A stretch of DNA of 64,000 nucleotides from Callorhinchus milii (Eukaryota), in the NCBI RefSeq assembly GCF_018977255.1, contig NW_024704743.1:87174001-87238000 (forward strand), read 5' to 3'. A program made the position numbers and the translations under genes. Below, piece by piece: positions 13,430-25,599 of this stretch; position 1 is the stretch's first letter, and each line of letters opens with the position of its first letter. The notes under the pieces were generated by a model. That model saw only the letters and a program-made list of their open reading frames with translations, had not been told where the DNA came from and searched no databases.

Positions 13430-13676
13430 TGCAATCCCCCCCATCTTTTTTGCATCATTAATATCTCTTTAACCCATCATCCCCCACCCTCTACCCCATT
13501 TTCTCCTTTGTCTTCCTTGCCCTGCCTCCCCCCTCTCTGTTAGCCCTTAAAAGCCTCTCCTCCCAACATGCCCCAGTTCTGACGAAGGGTCGTGGACCCG
13601 AAACGTTGACTCACTTTCCTTTCTCCATAGATGCTGTCTGACCTGCTGAGTGTTCCCAGCGACTTCTGTTTTTGTT
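13430..13676 (+). mobile_element. Penelope-like element terminal repeat remnant
   Basis: C-rich tract followed by tctgacgaagggtc..gacccgaaacgtt...ctccatagatgctgtctgacctgctgagt...ttctgttttt, matching the chondrichthyan PLE end as I recall it; includes a hammerhead core. Confidence 0.75.
13575..13611 (+). ncRNA. Minimal type I hammerhead ribozyme
   Basis: AGUU-CUGACGA-A-GGGUC(GUG)GACCC-GAAA-CGUU-GACU: catalytic core boxes, 5-bp stem II, 4-bp stem I, palindromic ACGU stem III. Confidence 0.75.
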
Positions 13677-13785
13677 ACATAAGAGGTGTTGTTCAGCATT
13701 TCACAATTTGCCTTCAGAACATTCTGCTCTCAGTAGCTATTAATCATAGTTGTACATAAATAAAATAATGAGCTGCTGTACTTAC

Positions 13786-13938
13786 ACTTGATCTTTGCTT
13801 ATTCCATAAGCGAGGAGATATAGCTCGCAAGAGGCAAAAATCAGGAATGAGAAATAATTTATAGCTTTCACAAAACTGCATGTGGTGCAAAGATCCAGCT
13901 GTGAAAATTCTGAAGAGTGCAGAATCAATGTGGTCTAA
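13786..13938 (-). CDS. Candidate 153-nt phase 0-0 exon (LDHIDSALFRIFTAGSLHHMQFCESYKLFLIPDFCLLRAISPRLWNKQRSS), gene unidentified
   Basis: Acceptor ttttgtatgcagttttaacag|, consensus donor |gtaagt, single open frame of 51 codons in unique sequence. Confidence 0.25.
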
Positions 13939-13984
13939 CTGTTAAAACTGCATACAAAATAGAGAATTTACTCTTTTATCATGT

Positions 13985-14270
13985 CTAAAACATTGAGACG
14001 ATACAAAGTGTTGCTAAGCCATGAGGTGAATGATCAATTAATCTGAAGGATTGTTGGCCAGCACATGGGCTGGTGGGTGGGTGGGGGAGGGAAGAAAGAA
14101 ATCCTTTTTCTTTTCAAATTAGTCAGGATATTCAACATCCACCTCAACAGGCAGGTGGGACGTTGGTTTTAATGTTTCATCTGAAGGACGACACCTCTGA
14201 CAATGCAGCACTTCCAACATTGCACTGGAAAGTCAGCCAAAACGATGAGCTCAAAGTCCTGATATGGGGC
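13985..14270 (-). mobile_element. Deu-SINE (SacSINE1-like), degenerate
   Basis: ggttttaatgtttcatctgaaggacgacacctctgacaatgcagcac is the reverse complement of the SINE body. Confidence 0.75.
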
Positions 14271-14274
14271 TGAT

Positions 14275-14475
14275 TTGGCAATATAGCTCAGCATCCTGTT
14301 TGCCTTGTTTATTGCTGCTTCATACTGTTTTCATATGTGAATGATAAATCATCTAACAACGCCAACTCTCTTTCCATTCTAGTTCCATCCTATCCATAGA
14401 GCACATATGCATCCTGTTTTCACTTTATACATGCAGTACCTTATATTTATCTACATTGAACTTCATATGCCCACG
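14275..14475 (-). mobile_element. CR1 LINE RT fragment
   Basis: Minus strand encodes MKFNVDKYKVLH...AAINKANRMLSYIAK. Confidence 0.8.
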
Positions 14476-15609
14476 ATCCCAAATTATGCTGTGAGATAGT
14501 CCACCTCTGACATAGATAAAGCTGCATGTCAAATAAGTGCAGATATTTCATTGTGAAAATGGAAACCACCATAAGGAGCAAGAACTTCCTAGTTAATTTT
14601 GTTGCAAATCAATTGTTACACTTGATGAATTGTCTTGATGTTTTGTCATCATTGCTTTCCCGAATTAGACAGTAAAATGATTGATTAACTATCCAGCAAA
14701 TTCATCAACTGATCAGAAAGAAAATGTCAATCCACCGTTACTCTGCCATCTCTGCCAAAATTTGAATGATAGAAATAAATGAATTCCCAGCAAATTTCTG
14801 CCACATTAATCTAGCTATGAATCATTGTCAAACCACTTGGGGATCTGGAAAACCTGAAGCACACTAAAGAGAGCAAGAGACAGAAAGACAGAAGAGATTG
14901 ACAACTTTATTATAAACTGATGAAGGAAGTGAAGTGAAAAGCATGGAAATAACATCCATTTTTCAGGTATTTTGAGCAAAACTGGAGTGTAGAATTGAAA
15001 CCATTCAGGATCTCTGGGATCTGCAGAAATTAGAATTTCTAGCGCAGTTACCAACTACAGTAAATGCACCCTTTGTCACCAAACTGGAGCCTCACTTTTA
15101 ATTTTTACTTGGTTTTAGTTTTCTTTTAATCATTTTCCTACATTTGTAAAATGTTTCTTCTTTGTTGGGGGTTTTAAAAATTCCTTTCCTAGTTAAAAAA
15201 ACAGACTTGACTCAAAAAATTTAGTGAACCTAAATGGCTTAAAGTTCATGTCCCATATATTTCAGCGCTGAGTGTGAAAATTGCAATTCAGTTAGCTTTA
15301 CCGAAAACATGGTCACCAATGTGAAGGCACTTTCAATATTAAGTATTTTGTACCACTAACACTTAATGTACACAACAGTTTAGTACTATTCTACATTTGC
15401 AATATGCCTCACAGTTGGCTGGAAACAGATCAGCAGTTTTAGCTTTGAAAGGTTAAGAGCAACGGAAGAACAAGAGCAACAACTTGCATTTATATAGCGC
15501 CCTTCACGCAGAGTAGCATCCTGGAACAGGTGCTGCTATATACACACACACACGTGCACATAGACGCTGATCACACAATACATTACAAATATTACAATAT
15601 AATTGTGAA

Positions 15610-15975
15610 CAACTTACATTTTATGCAGCCCCTTTCACATCAGGAGGACGTCTTAAATTGTTTCACATAGTTGACTGGATTTAGTGGGGAGGGGGGAAAC
15701 AAAAGATGACTAAATGCAGGGGGAAAATAAATAGGTATTAAGGCATACTTTAAAGGTGGAGAGAAAGGGGTCAAGGGTGAGGAATGCCAGGATAAAGTTT
15801 TAAAGATCGGTTGAAAGCTTGTCCACCAATGGTGGGGTGATCGGGCGGGAAACATTAAACAACCCAATGTTAGCTGAACAAAAAGAGTGGGTAGGTCGGT
15901 AGGATTATAGGAGGTTACAGAGTTAGGGTGGGGTGAGGCCATTGAGGGATGTTAACAAAACAATAAGGAACATTT
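15610..15975 (-). mobile_element. Old L2 3' fragment
   Basis: L2 tail ctttcacatcaggaggacgtc and a diverged 3' body. Confidence 0.75.
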
Positions 15976-16919
15976 GAATACCAAACCAGTTTGAAATACT
16001 TGTAGGTTTTAGCTTACATGCATAGCTAAGGCATGGTTGCAGTCTGCACCTCTTAGTCACATTAATGAGCCAAACAGGTTGATCAACCATATTGCCTTGA
16101 ATTATTATGGATCTAGCAAGATGTATCAAGCATAGCTATTGTATCCATGTCAATGCAGGAAATGCCCCAATTCTACCTTTGAAAGATTTTTGATTGAGGC
16201 TCATTTTATGGACTGCAGAATGTTGGAAGGGCTGAGTGGAATTTGAACCCAGAAGATAATACATCAATATTTAATGCAACATTTGAAATCACTGTTTTAT
16301 TATTATTTACAGTCTTGCAATGCTCACACTGGAAAAAAACTTTAATTTACTTAGCGTTCCTGTGGTACATATTCATTACCCAATTACTGCATTTCCCAGC
16401 TTCGTTGTCTGGCAATTGTATAACCATATTTGATTGCAGAGCAAACTACAATCAATGTGACTGCTGTTTGCGTTGTAACTACATGATCTCAAAAAATTAG
16501 GATAACTAAAGCAAGAGACGAATACTCACAACCAGAGGCTGAGAAAGTTATTTTTGTAACTTCCCCAGTAAAGATATTCAAATTAATTATTTATTGTATT
16601 CCTCCACTGGGAAAATCCAATAGCACAGCAACTCTCTGTAGCCAAGCATTAGTAAAATAATCCAGATATATAATCGGTCTGATCTACGATATTTGTAAGA
16701 GGGATGGGAAGTATTTATTGCAATTTTCATTTTGCCATCGAATTTTCAGCATTCACAAATTGGTGAATTTCAACTTCCAAAAGTCACGAAAGGGTAAAGA
16801 AAAGGGTCAGACAGCAAAACAGCCTTTAACTCCCCCACCCTCAAAATATACTCAAAGATTACATACTTACTCATTAAAATAGAACTAGAAGTGAGCTAAG
16901 ATTTTAAATCTTCCGTCTC

Positions 16920-17180
16920 CAAATCCTGATGGGTGAACAATGGGAGTATCCTCTGGAAGGGTAGTAAGCAGGTATCTTTACAGCTGAGCTGGTTATAAAG
17001 GTGAAATGGCTGGTTGGCAAATGAAGATCGGTACCACAGTGGACCTTCAGAGGTCCCCAAGTCTTGGCAATCTGTATTTAAATTCTCTGAGATTAGGTAA
17101 ACAGGGTCTATCCCCTTGGGGTGAAAGTGTACACTCTATAACAGACAAATGGATACCATACATATATGGAACTCTCAGTA
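16920..17180 (+). repeat. Unclassified interspersed repeat, copy 1 (partial)
   Basis: ggtccccaagtcttggc...attaggtaa...aaagtgtacac is shared with the 19.3, 34.4 and 53.9 kb copies. Confidence 0.65.
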
Positions 17181-19136
17181 GTTTCATTTTGACACTCTTG
17201 AGATCAAGAAAGATTTTTTTTAGATTATTGAATGTAGCAAAAAAAATCAACTGAGAAATAGAGAGTATAACAGTAGCAGATAAATAAGTTACAACAAAAA
17301 CAATTTGCATTTATATAGCGTTCTTCACAAAGGGCATCTTGGAGCACTTAACAGTGGCAGAGCTTGAAACCAAACCAGGGAGAAAAAGAATGTGGCTGAG
17401 GCAGATCGGAGGGTACAAAGGACCTGGAGGAGGCGTGTTAGAATATTATGTTAGAATACATACATTTTATATATCTTTCAGATTGGGTGGACATCTTAAT
17501 GTTTCACTGAATTTACTGTAAAGAATACTGTAGGCAAACATAGGAATTAAGATATATAAATAAATCATTAATTTGATGGAATGGTCAGAACTATTAACAT
17601 CCTAATGAATTTATCTAATTATTGACAAGGTAATTCACATAGAATATGATATTAAACCTGCCATATTACAATACAACACAAGATAAACACATTTGCTGTA
17701 AATCTGGATTCTTAGCTATCAACTATATTCCTAGAGAGATGCGAATTTTGCATGAAAGTAATTTTACTCAAACTCATCTCCCACTCCAAGCCTGACATGA
17801 CATATTGCTTTTGTGTACCATATCAAGGTCTAGCTGCACAGATATTAGGATAATTTTTGCGTTAATGTAGCACCTCACACCTGTGCAGTGTTAAGGGATG
17901 CTGTATTGTCGAAGGACCCCTCCTTTGAATTAGACATTAAACTGAGGTCTGTAGAGATCTGACTGTATGGTTAAGGAATAAAATCATTTTCTAATATACA
18001 TTGACAAGGAATGCCTAGTTTACCATTAGCAAAACAAATGGAGGAAAACTTAATAATTGGAATGATTGCTAAGCCAAATACAGGTAAACAGAGCAGTAAA
18101 CGTCAAATGTAAATCTCATTCAGATTTTGTTATCATTAATCTTTGCTCAAACTGGCAAAATCTTCTGGAGTTTGCTTTTCAAAAAAATACCCATTTTACA
18201 GTTGCAATCTTAGAAAGCTTAATTCCCTTGGGTTGAATGCTTCACAGCGAGGACAAAGAGACTAAGGGAATTGTTGACAGCAGCAGCTTTCAGAAAGCAA
18301 CATGGTTTATGGAAAGGTTACTCAGCAAGAAACAAGCAGAATTATTTTTACTTTCTGGTTTTCTTTCTTTCAAATAAGAAAAAACTATGGTTAAAAATAA
18401 TCTTGAATTCCCAAGGATACATTGTTTCCTGCCCTCTGGCTATACTCTGCTGACGATTTAGCTGTTTTCATAAATTCACATTAGAACTTCTGCATCGTAC
18501 ACCTAAAATAGAACATATTTTGTTTTTTGTTCTGTTCGTTTTCCTTTCAGTGGTCAGCTGATGAGTGTAAGAACTTGAAATTAAGCTAATTTGAGCAAAA
18601 CATTATATTTGATGGAAGGACTCAACCTGACTTTGACTGTGAAGCAGGCAATCTTAACAAAATGTTTTCCACATACCTCAACCATAAATTACAGCAGTAA
18701 CATATAACAAGCCAAAAATCAATGTAGTTTGAGTGTGTAAGTCTACAGTGGACTGGTGGATTATCTGGGTAAAAAGTTCAATTAATACCACAAAGTAGGA
18801 TATCCATCTATTCTGGAATCTGAGACTCACTGAAGCTACAGCAACAACTTGTATAAATACATAAACACTGATAACGATATTTCAAAAAATATTGCAATTG
18901 AGTTCACCACATATTCCTTTTACCAATAATAATGCTTGCATTTGATATAGCGCCTTATCATGTCTTAAATCACTTCACAGGATTGTAATGTAAAGTGTAG
19001 TGACTGGGTATTTTCTAGGCAAATATACACACCCAACTTTGCAGTGAATTATGAACCGAGACTGAGTCAAAGCTCTGATGTAGACTAGTATTAAAACAAA
19101 TACTTGCATATGACTCAAAAGCCAAATTAGGCATGT

Positions 19137-19275
19137 CATAGAATCATAGAATCATGCATGACAGAAGGAAGCCATTCAGCCCATCATGTCTGTGCCGGCT
19201 CTTTGAAAAGAGCTATCCAATTAAATCCCACTCCCCCGCTCTCTCCCCATAGCCCTGTAAACTTATCCTCCCAAA
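19137..19275 (-). mobile_element. CR1 3' end
   Basis: catagaatcatagaatc tail repeat and gccattcagcccatc motif. Confidence 0.8.
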
Positions 19276-19334
19276 TTTGGTCAATGTGATCAATATAATT
19301 TGTTTCATTATGCAATATTATGATCAATCTTGCG

Positions 19335-19750
19335 GGACAGTCTCTGTAGTCTGGTTCCTGAACCAGGGCGGTCCACAGTACTCCAGGGAACTGCTGATGG
19401 TAGACCAGCCAGCTGAGTTTATCGGCAGGACTTGGAGGGCAGACTGGAGTCAGGGATTTTTCCCACTCAAACCAAAGTCATAATGGGTAGGGTGAACCAA
19501 ACTGAATAAGCAGTGGGAATCTTCCCAGATAGTACTCTCACCACCAAGATATTCAGTTATAGCTGATTCCATTTTAGCAGTGCCCTAATGTACACTTTGG
19601 GGGTCACCAAGTCTTGGCTATTGACACCCTGATACTCTCCAGAATTAGATAAGCACTGTGCGCTCCTCCTGGGAAAGAGTGTGCATTCAATTCCAGACAT
19701 AGGGATATTTCCAAATCTACATGGCATTCATATGTGGAAATGTCAGTCTA
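19335..19750 (+). repeat. Unclassified interspersed repeat, copy 2
   Basis: Collinear similarity with 34440-34870 and 51700-54060. Confidence 0.75.
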
Positions 19751-21734
19751 CTCTTTAGCAAGGTGATGTGTTCATAATTGTCAGACACCCAGCTGACCAA
19801 ATAAAAATGACATTTCTAATTCAGTTCAAATATTGACTGTACTAATACAACAAAGGTGACCAGGAATGGATTAAGCACTTTAGAATTGTACATAATACAA
19901 ACATTATTTAAGATTATGTGAGAGAAGTTGCATAAGAGATCAGTTTCTCTTTCAAGGGTGAAAGTAACCAGTTTTATTCATAACTTTTATTCATGCCAAC
20001 ATAAATCCACAAAATGCATTACCAATACAAAATCCCCAAACCTTTCCATTGCTCCACTCAGGTCTTAAATCTGCTGCTCATACAATGATCTTTAAATACA
20101 CCCTTCCTCTGGCACTTAATCACCCACTCATTTCCTTCCTTATTAACAGCACTTTAACTTCTGATTTAACCCAGGAGTAGGATGGATTGATCCAAATCAT
20201 GTCCACCCTATCACGCACTTCCAGTTCAAGATGATCTTCCAAAAAACAGAACATCAGCTGAAGCAAGAACATTTGCAATTATAGTGTTATTTGGTGAAAT
20301 CATAAATAAATACTCCTTGGTAACTTAACCACATTAAAATATTTATTTTGGCTGAAGCACTGAATCATTTACATTAAACACCTCACAATGGAACATAACC
20401 GCTCAAGTGCAAAAAGGCTATAGATAATTAAGAATTACAATGAGAAAAAGGTCTGTGGAAAACAATAACTATTTTTAATATGTTGATAATATATAAATTA
20501 AGCATAAATCATAAATTTCTATTTGTGGAACAAATAGCAACACTAATGTTTCTAGACTGCCTGTTGGGCAGATGAGAGAGGCTGACCGCTTTATTTGCCT
20601 ATATATTTGTGATTTTTTCTCAAATCAGGAATCAATTTTTTCCATCCTCTCCTGAAGGTAGTGACTCATTGTAATACAAAGTGCTTCAGAATGCTACCCA
20701 GTGGGAAAGGGCTCTATATAAATACAAGTTGTTGCTGTAATATAATTGCATTTGTCCAAAGAACATACACAAAAGTCACTGCACTTTATAGTATATCCTG
20801 TGAAGCAATTCAGAACATCCTAATGATTGAAAGGCGCTATACCAAATGTAAGGATTATTATTATTATGACAACACAGTTGAGCAGCATCTGAACACAATA
20901 CAGCAAACAGTGCAGCTCTATGATTGAGATCGCTCTAGTTATTCTTTTCATGTGCAATGCTAAACACTGAATATAGAGGACATCATAATCCTCCAAAAAA
21001 ACATCCTATCCCAAGTCATCACCACTGCCTGCCCATTTCTGGTTTGGCGGGCACTCATTGGAGTGTCCTCACCTCTGATTGTTCGATGGATATGTCAGTC
21101 AAGCTAACCACTCACCTGTCTTAAAGAGGACCGACTTTTTATCCGAGTTTTACTCAGTTTCACCAAAGATTATTTTGACACGACAGGGTAGTTGGTAGAG
21201 CTCAACAAACTCACGAGGGAGGGAGAGAGTTTCCCAAAGCTGGAACACAGAGTGACCCACCTCACCTGGGAACCAGCATTTCATTAGCTTGTGGGCATAT
21301 GTTGTTCCAGTCAGAATTCATGTGCTCCAGCTGTGGCTCTTTATGTTACATTGTGCATCATCAAACCCCGACCATCCCTTTTATACTATCAATCTTCCAC
21401 ATGGTAGCTCTGAACAGTAGGCAAAACTCCAACAACATTAGACACTTTCATGAGATCAATGAAGCTTTGTTACACGTCGAGCCAGTGTTTTGCCCACAAA
21501 ATACAGTCAATTCACTTTACAATATATTCTGTGAAGTGCTTTGAGATGTCTTGAAGACGTGATGAGGTGCTATATCAAATGCAAGGATTTTTATTATTAT
21601 TAAATTTTAGTGACTGTGTGATTTGTGAGAGAAATATGGCAGCCAATTGCAGGAGAAGAAGGCTTTGATAACAATAATAGAAATAATAATAATGCTCCTT
21701 GCATTTTGACATAGTGCCTTATCACAATTGGTGC

Positions 21735-21890
21735 TTATCAAGACCCTCCTCTTTTCACCCTCCTTACCCACCCTGCTCTCCACCCTCCACAATCCCAACC
21801 CCCAGCTCAGGTCCAAAACACTCACTGTCCAGCGCCTTGGGACATCCTCCTGACATGAAAGGCGCTATAGAAATGTAATTTTGTTGTTGT
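21735..21890 (+). mobile_element. L2 3' end
   Basis: cactgtccagcgccttgggacatcctcctgacatgaaaggcgctatagaaatgtaattttgttgttg. Confidence 0.85.
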
Positions 21891-22232
21891 AACCACTGAG
21901 CTACAGGAACTTCACGGCAGTTATGGCAGTTCTATTACTGTATTGTGGCTGAAGTACACAAAGTGTGAGTTGAGTTTCTCTGGAGGTTTAGTAGACTCAT
22001 TCTTAGAACTAATCTGGGTATGTGGGTAGACAAGTAATGCTGATAAGGTACAACCAGGCTTGACATGTGGTGCTTTATCACAACCACCAGGAGGTATGCA
22101 AGAGCAGCCAAGGGAAATGGGGGAAATCACACTCTTGAACAGTTTTCCCTTTCCTCTCTTTGGGCAGCAATTAAACAGACTCAAGGAATACTAGCTTCCT
22201 GCAATGAGACAACAAAACCTACATTGCTTGAA

Positions 22233-22311
22233 AGTGCTTTGTGGCATCTCAGTACACCATATCACTTGTGGTCCATAAGTGATATGGTGTACTGAGATGC
22301 CACAAAGCACT
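22233..22311. repeat. 79-bp near-perfect palindrome
   Basis: 39-bp arms match at 38/39 positions around a 1-nt centre. Confidence 0.95.
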
Positions 22312-22634
22312 GGTAACCTTCATTATTATTATAATAATGTGAGTAACACATTCATCTTTTGTGAGATCTAATAGGAAGTGTAGCACAAGCACAGATTGCA
22401 GAGAGATCAATGTACTCTTATTACATTGTCAGGTGAGTGCTGGATTTACGTCATCGTCTGTGTAAATCTGGAATTAAATTCATAGCAGGAAAAAACAGCT
22501 GGATCATTATTTTTAGTTCCATTCAGTTTCTTTAAGCATACCTTTATTTTTATCAACTGAGATTTTATATATATGCTAAATGGATAGACAAAGGAAACCT
22601 GGATCAACATTTTCAGGTAGGCAAAGCAAGACCA

Positions 22635-22800
22635 AAAAGAGGCCAATTTTAGGATGAGCCACTAGTTCTTTACATAGAGGTTAATCAACAACTGGAATGA
22701 TTTACCAGGAACAGTGGTTGAGGCCAGGACATTGCATTTATTTCAGAACCAGTGGGACATGCAGTGGGAAGATGGTAGGATTGGTTTCCTGAACAAGTAG
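22635..22800 (+). mobile_element. Old CR1 3' fragment
   Basis: ttctttacatagaggttaatcaacaactggaatgatttacc...gtggttgaggc (FFTxRVxNxWNxLP region). Confidence 0.7.
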
Positions 22801-23261
22801 GAACAAACATAAAGAGAGGACTTCAGCTTAATGTCTCAGCTAAAGGACGACACCTATGATCAGATATTAATGATTTTATGATGAGATATTACATTTCTGA
22901 TTATTATTATAATGCAGCACTACCCCAGCACTGATTGGAATGTCAGACTAGACGATGAGTTTAATATATATACAAAACTGTAGATTAATTTCAATATAAA
23001 TAATATTTTCTAATCTTCCTGATGTGGAGAGATATAGGGAAGTAGAGCTGAGTCCAAGAGAACTAGTCTGGAAGTTCAACCAAAGTAACGGAGGTGGTTT
23101 TACTGGCAAGATAATGAATCCTATTCGCAACTCATGTCGTGTGAATTGGCTGAGCCAGAAATTAGTTTTGCATAAAATGTGCCTGCAATCTCAAAGCTAG
23201 TGAAACATCTTTGCACAATTATTTTCCTGTTTATTATCTTCTCTCAACAAATGACTCATTT

Positions 23262-23676
23262 GGCTTGGCTCAGTGGTAGCACTCTCGCCTCTGAGTCAAA
23301 AGGTTGTGGGTTCAAATCCCATGTCGGGACTTTGAAATCACAGTCGAAGCTGACACTCCAATGCATTGCTGGGGCTCAGAGGTTGTCAGAAGTGTCTTTT
23401 GGTTGAGATGTTAAACATTGGTCCCGGTTGTCTGTTCAGGTGGATATTAAGAACATGAATATCAGGTGGATGGTACTATTCAAAAAAAGAAGGGAGTTTT
23501 TCCCATTGTCCTGGCCAACAATCCCTCAAATAAAATTGGTCATTCATTTCATGCTGTTTGTGAAACATTGCAGTGTGCAATTGTGCTGCCATATTCATCT
23601 ATTATATTTCACAGTAAATATTGTGCTTTGAGACGTCTGTCTGATGTGTTAGGCGCTAATGCGAATTGCAAGGATC
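23262..23676 (+). mobile_element. Deu-SINE (SacSINE1-like), near full length
   Basis: ggctcagtggtagcactctcgcctctgagtcaaaaggttgtgggttcaaatccc head plus Deu body. Confidence 0.88.
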
Positions 23677-24990
23677 ATTCTCTCTATGAACCCCTCCAAT
23701 CGGGTTTCCATCCTGCCCACAGCATCGAAACAACCCTGGTCAAAGTCACTAATAACATTCTGCCTCTGCTTCCTTGCTCTCTTTCGACTCTGTCGACCAT
23801 TTATCCTCCTCCACTGCCTCTTCTCTCAGCTCAACCCTCATGGACTGGCCCTTGCCTGGTTCAAATCCTACCTCTCCCACCATCTCTATTTTGTTTCCAT
23901 TAACAGCTTCTCTTCCAGCCCCTGCATCGTCACATGTGGCGTCCTTCAAGGCTCTGTCCTTGGTCCCCTCCTTTTCAACATTTACATGCTCCCTCTTGGT
24001 GACATCATCTGTAGACAACTTTCACATGAATGCAAATGACACCCAACTCTATCTTTCCGCCTCCACCCTCGACTCCAAGATCACAGCTCTCATCACAGAC
24101 TGCCTGTTGGACATCAAGTCTCAGATGAGAGCAAACTTCCTCCAGTTGTCAACAAGACTGAGGCCCTCCTGCTTGGCTCCTGTCAGTGTCTCCATACCTC
24201 AGGTACTGACAGCATCACCCTTCATGGATACTTTCTATACCTCACAGAGTTAATACGGAATCTCGGCGTCCTGTTTGACCCTCAACTGTCCTTCATCCAT
24301 CCCCCACATCCATACCATGACACGCTCTACCTTCCCCCACCTCCACAACTTTGCCTGGCTCCGCTACTGTCTCACACTGAAAGCCGCTGAGACCCTTGTC
24401 CACCCATTCATCACATTCAGGTTCAACTATGCAAACTCCCTGCTTGTCGGCCTCCCCAACTCCTCCCTCCACATGCTGCAGATCATTCAGAACTCTGCAA
24501 CCCATGCCCTCTCCTGCACCAGACTCTGCAACCCTATCGTCCCCATCCTGGCTCGGCTTCACTGGCTCGCCATCAGTCGAAGGATACAGTTCAAGATCCT
24601 GGTCCTCACCTTCAAAGGCCTTCATGGCCTTGCTCCTCTCTACCTCTGTGACCCCTTAACCCCCAACCAACTTGTCCACTCCCTCCGTTCAGCGGACTCT
24701 GACCTACCTTGCCTGCCCCACCATTGATGGGCAGGGCTTCAGCCTCCACCCTCTGGAATTCCATCCCACAGTCTCTTTGCCTCGTCCCCTCCCTTGACTC
24801 CTTCAAGACCAATCTCAAGACCCTCCTCTTCGACTGTGCCTTTGGTCACCCTCTTACCCATGCTCTCCTTGCCTCCACCCATCCTGATCCCAACCACCAG
24901 CTCTGGTGTAGATCCCTGACCGTCCAGTGCCTTGGAACGTCCTCCTTACATGAAAGGCACTATACAAATGTAATTTGTTGTTATTATTAT
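23677..24990 (+). mobile_element. 5'-truncated L2 LINE (~1.3 kb) with frameshifted RT
   Basis: EPLQSGF, CGVLQGSVLGPLLFNIYMLPLG, NANDTQLY, ARLHWL and the 3' tail. Confidence 0.95.
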
Positions 24991-25599
24991 GTGCCTAAAC
25001 TCAGTGACCATCAGTTTACTATGCCCTTTGTAATGATCACTTCTCTCTTCCCCATCATAGCAGTAAGTAATAAAACCCTTTGTTTCTTTGAAAAAAATCA
25101 ATTGAAAACCATTTTTCTTTTTTAAAAGGAAATGTGATGAACTGGTTGACAAGATTGTGTTTACCAGTCTTCTGAATGCAAAAGAAAAGTGGGGGTGAAA
25201 TTCCATTTGGCTCATGCCCAAGACCAGCAGAACATCATAAATCATTTTCATAAGCCTTTGACAGACTATTAGTAAATAGTGGTTTCTAAACTTCTTTAAA
25301 ACTGACTCACTACATGTTTGATCCAAAATTGGTACTGTTTGTGGGATATTGATGTGTGTTTGCCTTTGAGATGTCCTTGTAAGATAAAATGCACTGTATC
25401 TGACCAAGCCTGGTGAGGATTTTTTTGGGGTGAAGGGAAAGAGAGATAGTCTAACTTTGTAAATGATCATTAAAAAATAGACAGCAGGGACGAGGAGCAA
25501 TGTGTAAGCTGAAATGCGATGTTTCATTGAACACATTAGAGTTAGTGGACGAGCTCGTTTAAAGAGCCACACAGTGTATCAAACCACAGCTACACCATG

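Noticed and set aside
16871..16952. Minus-strand segment with good acceptor and gtaagt donor
   Set aside because: Stops in all three frames and partial overlap with the unclassified repeat; at most a non-coding exon
24946..25572. 208-aa minus-strand ORF
   Set aside because: Non-ATG start, no recognisable domain, ends in an L2 tail; likely chance
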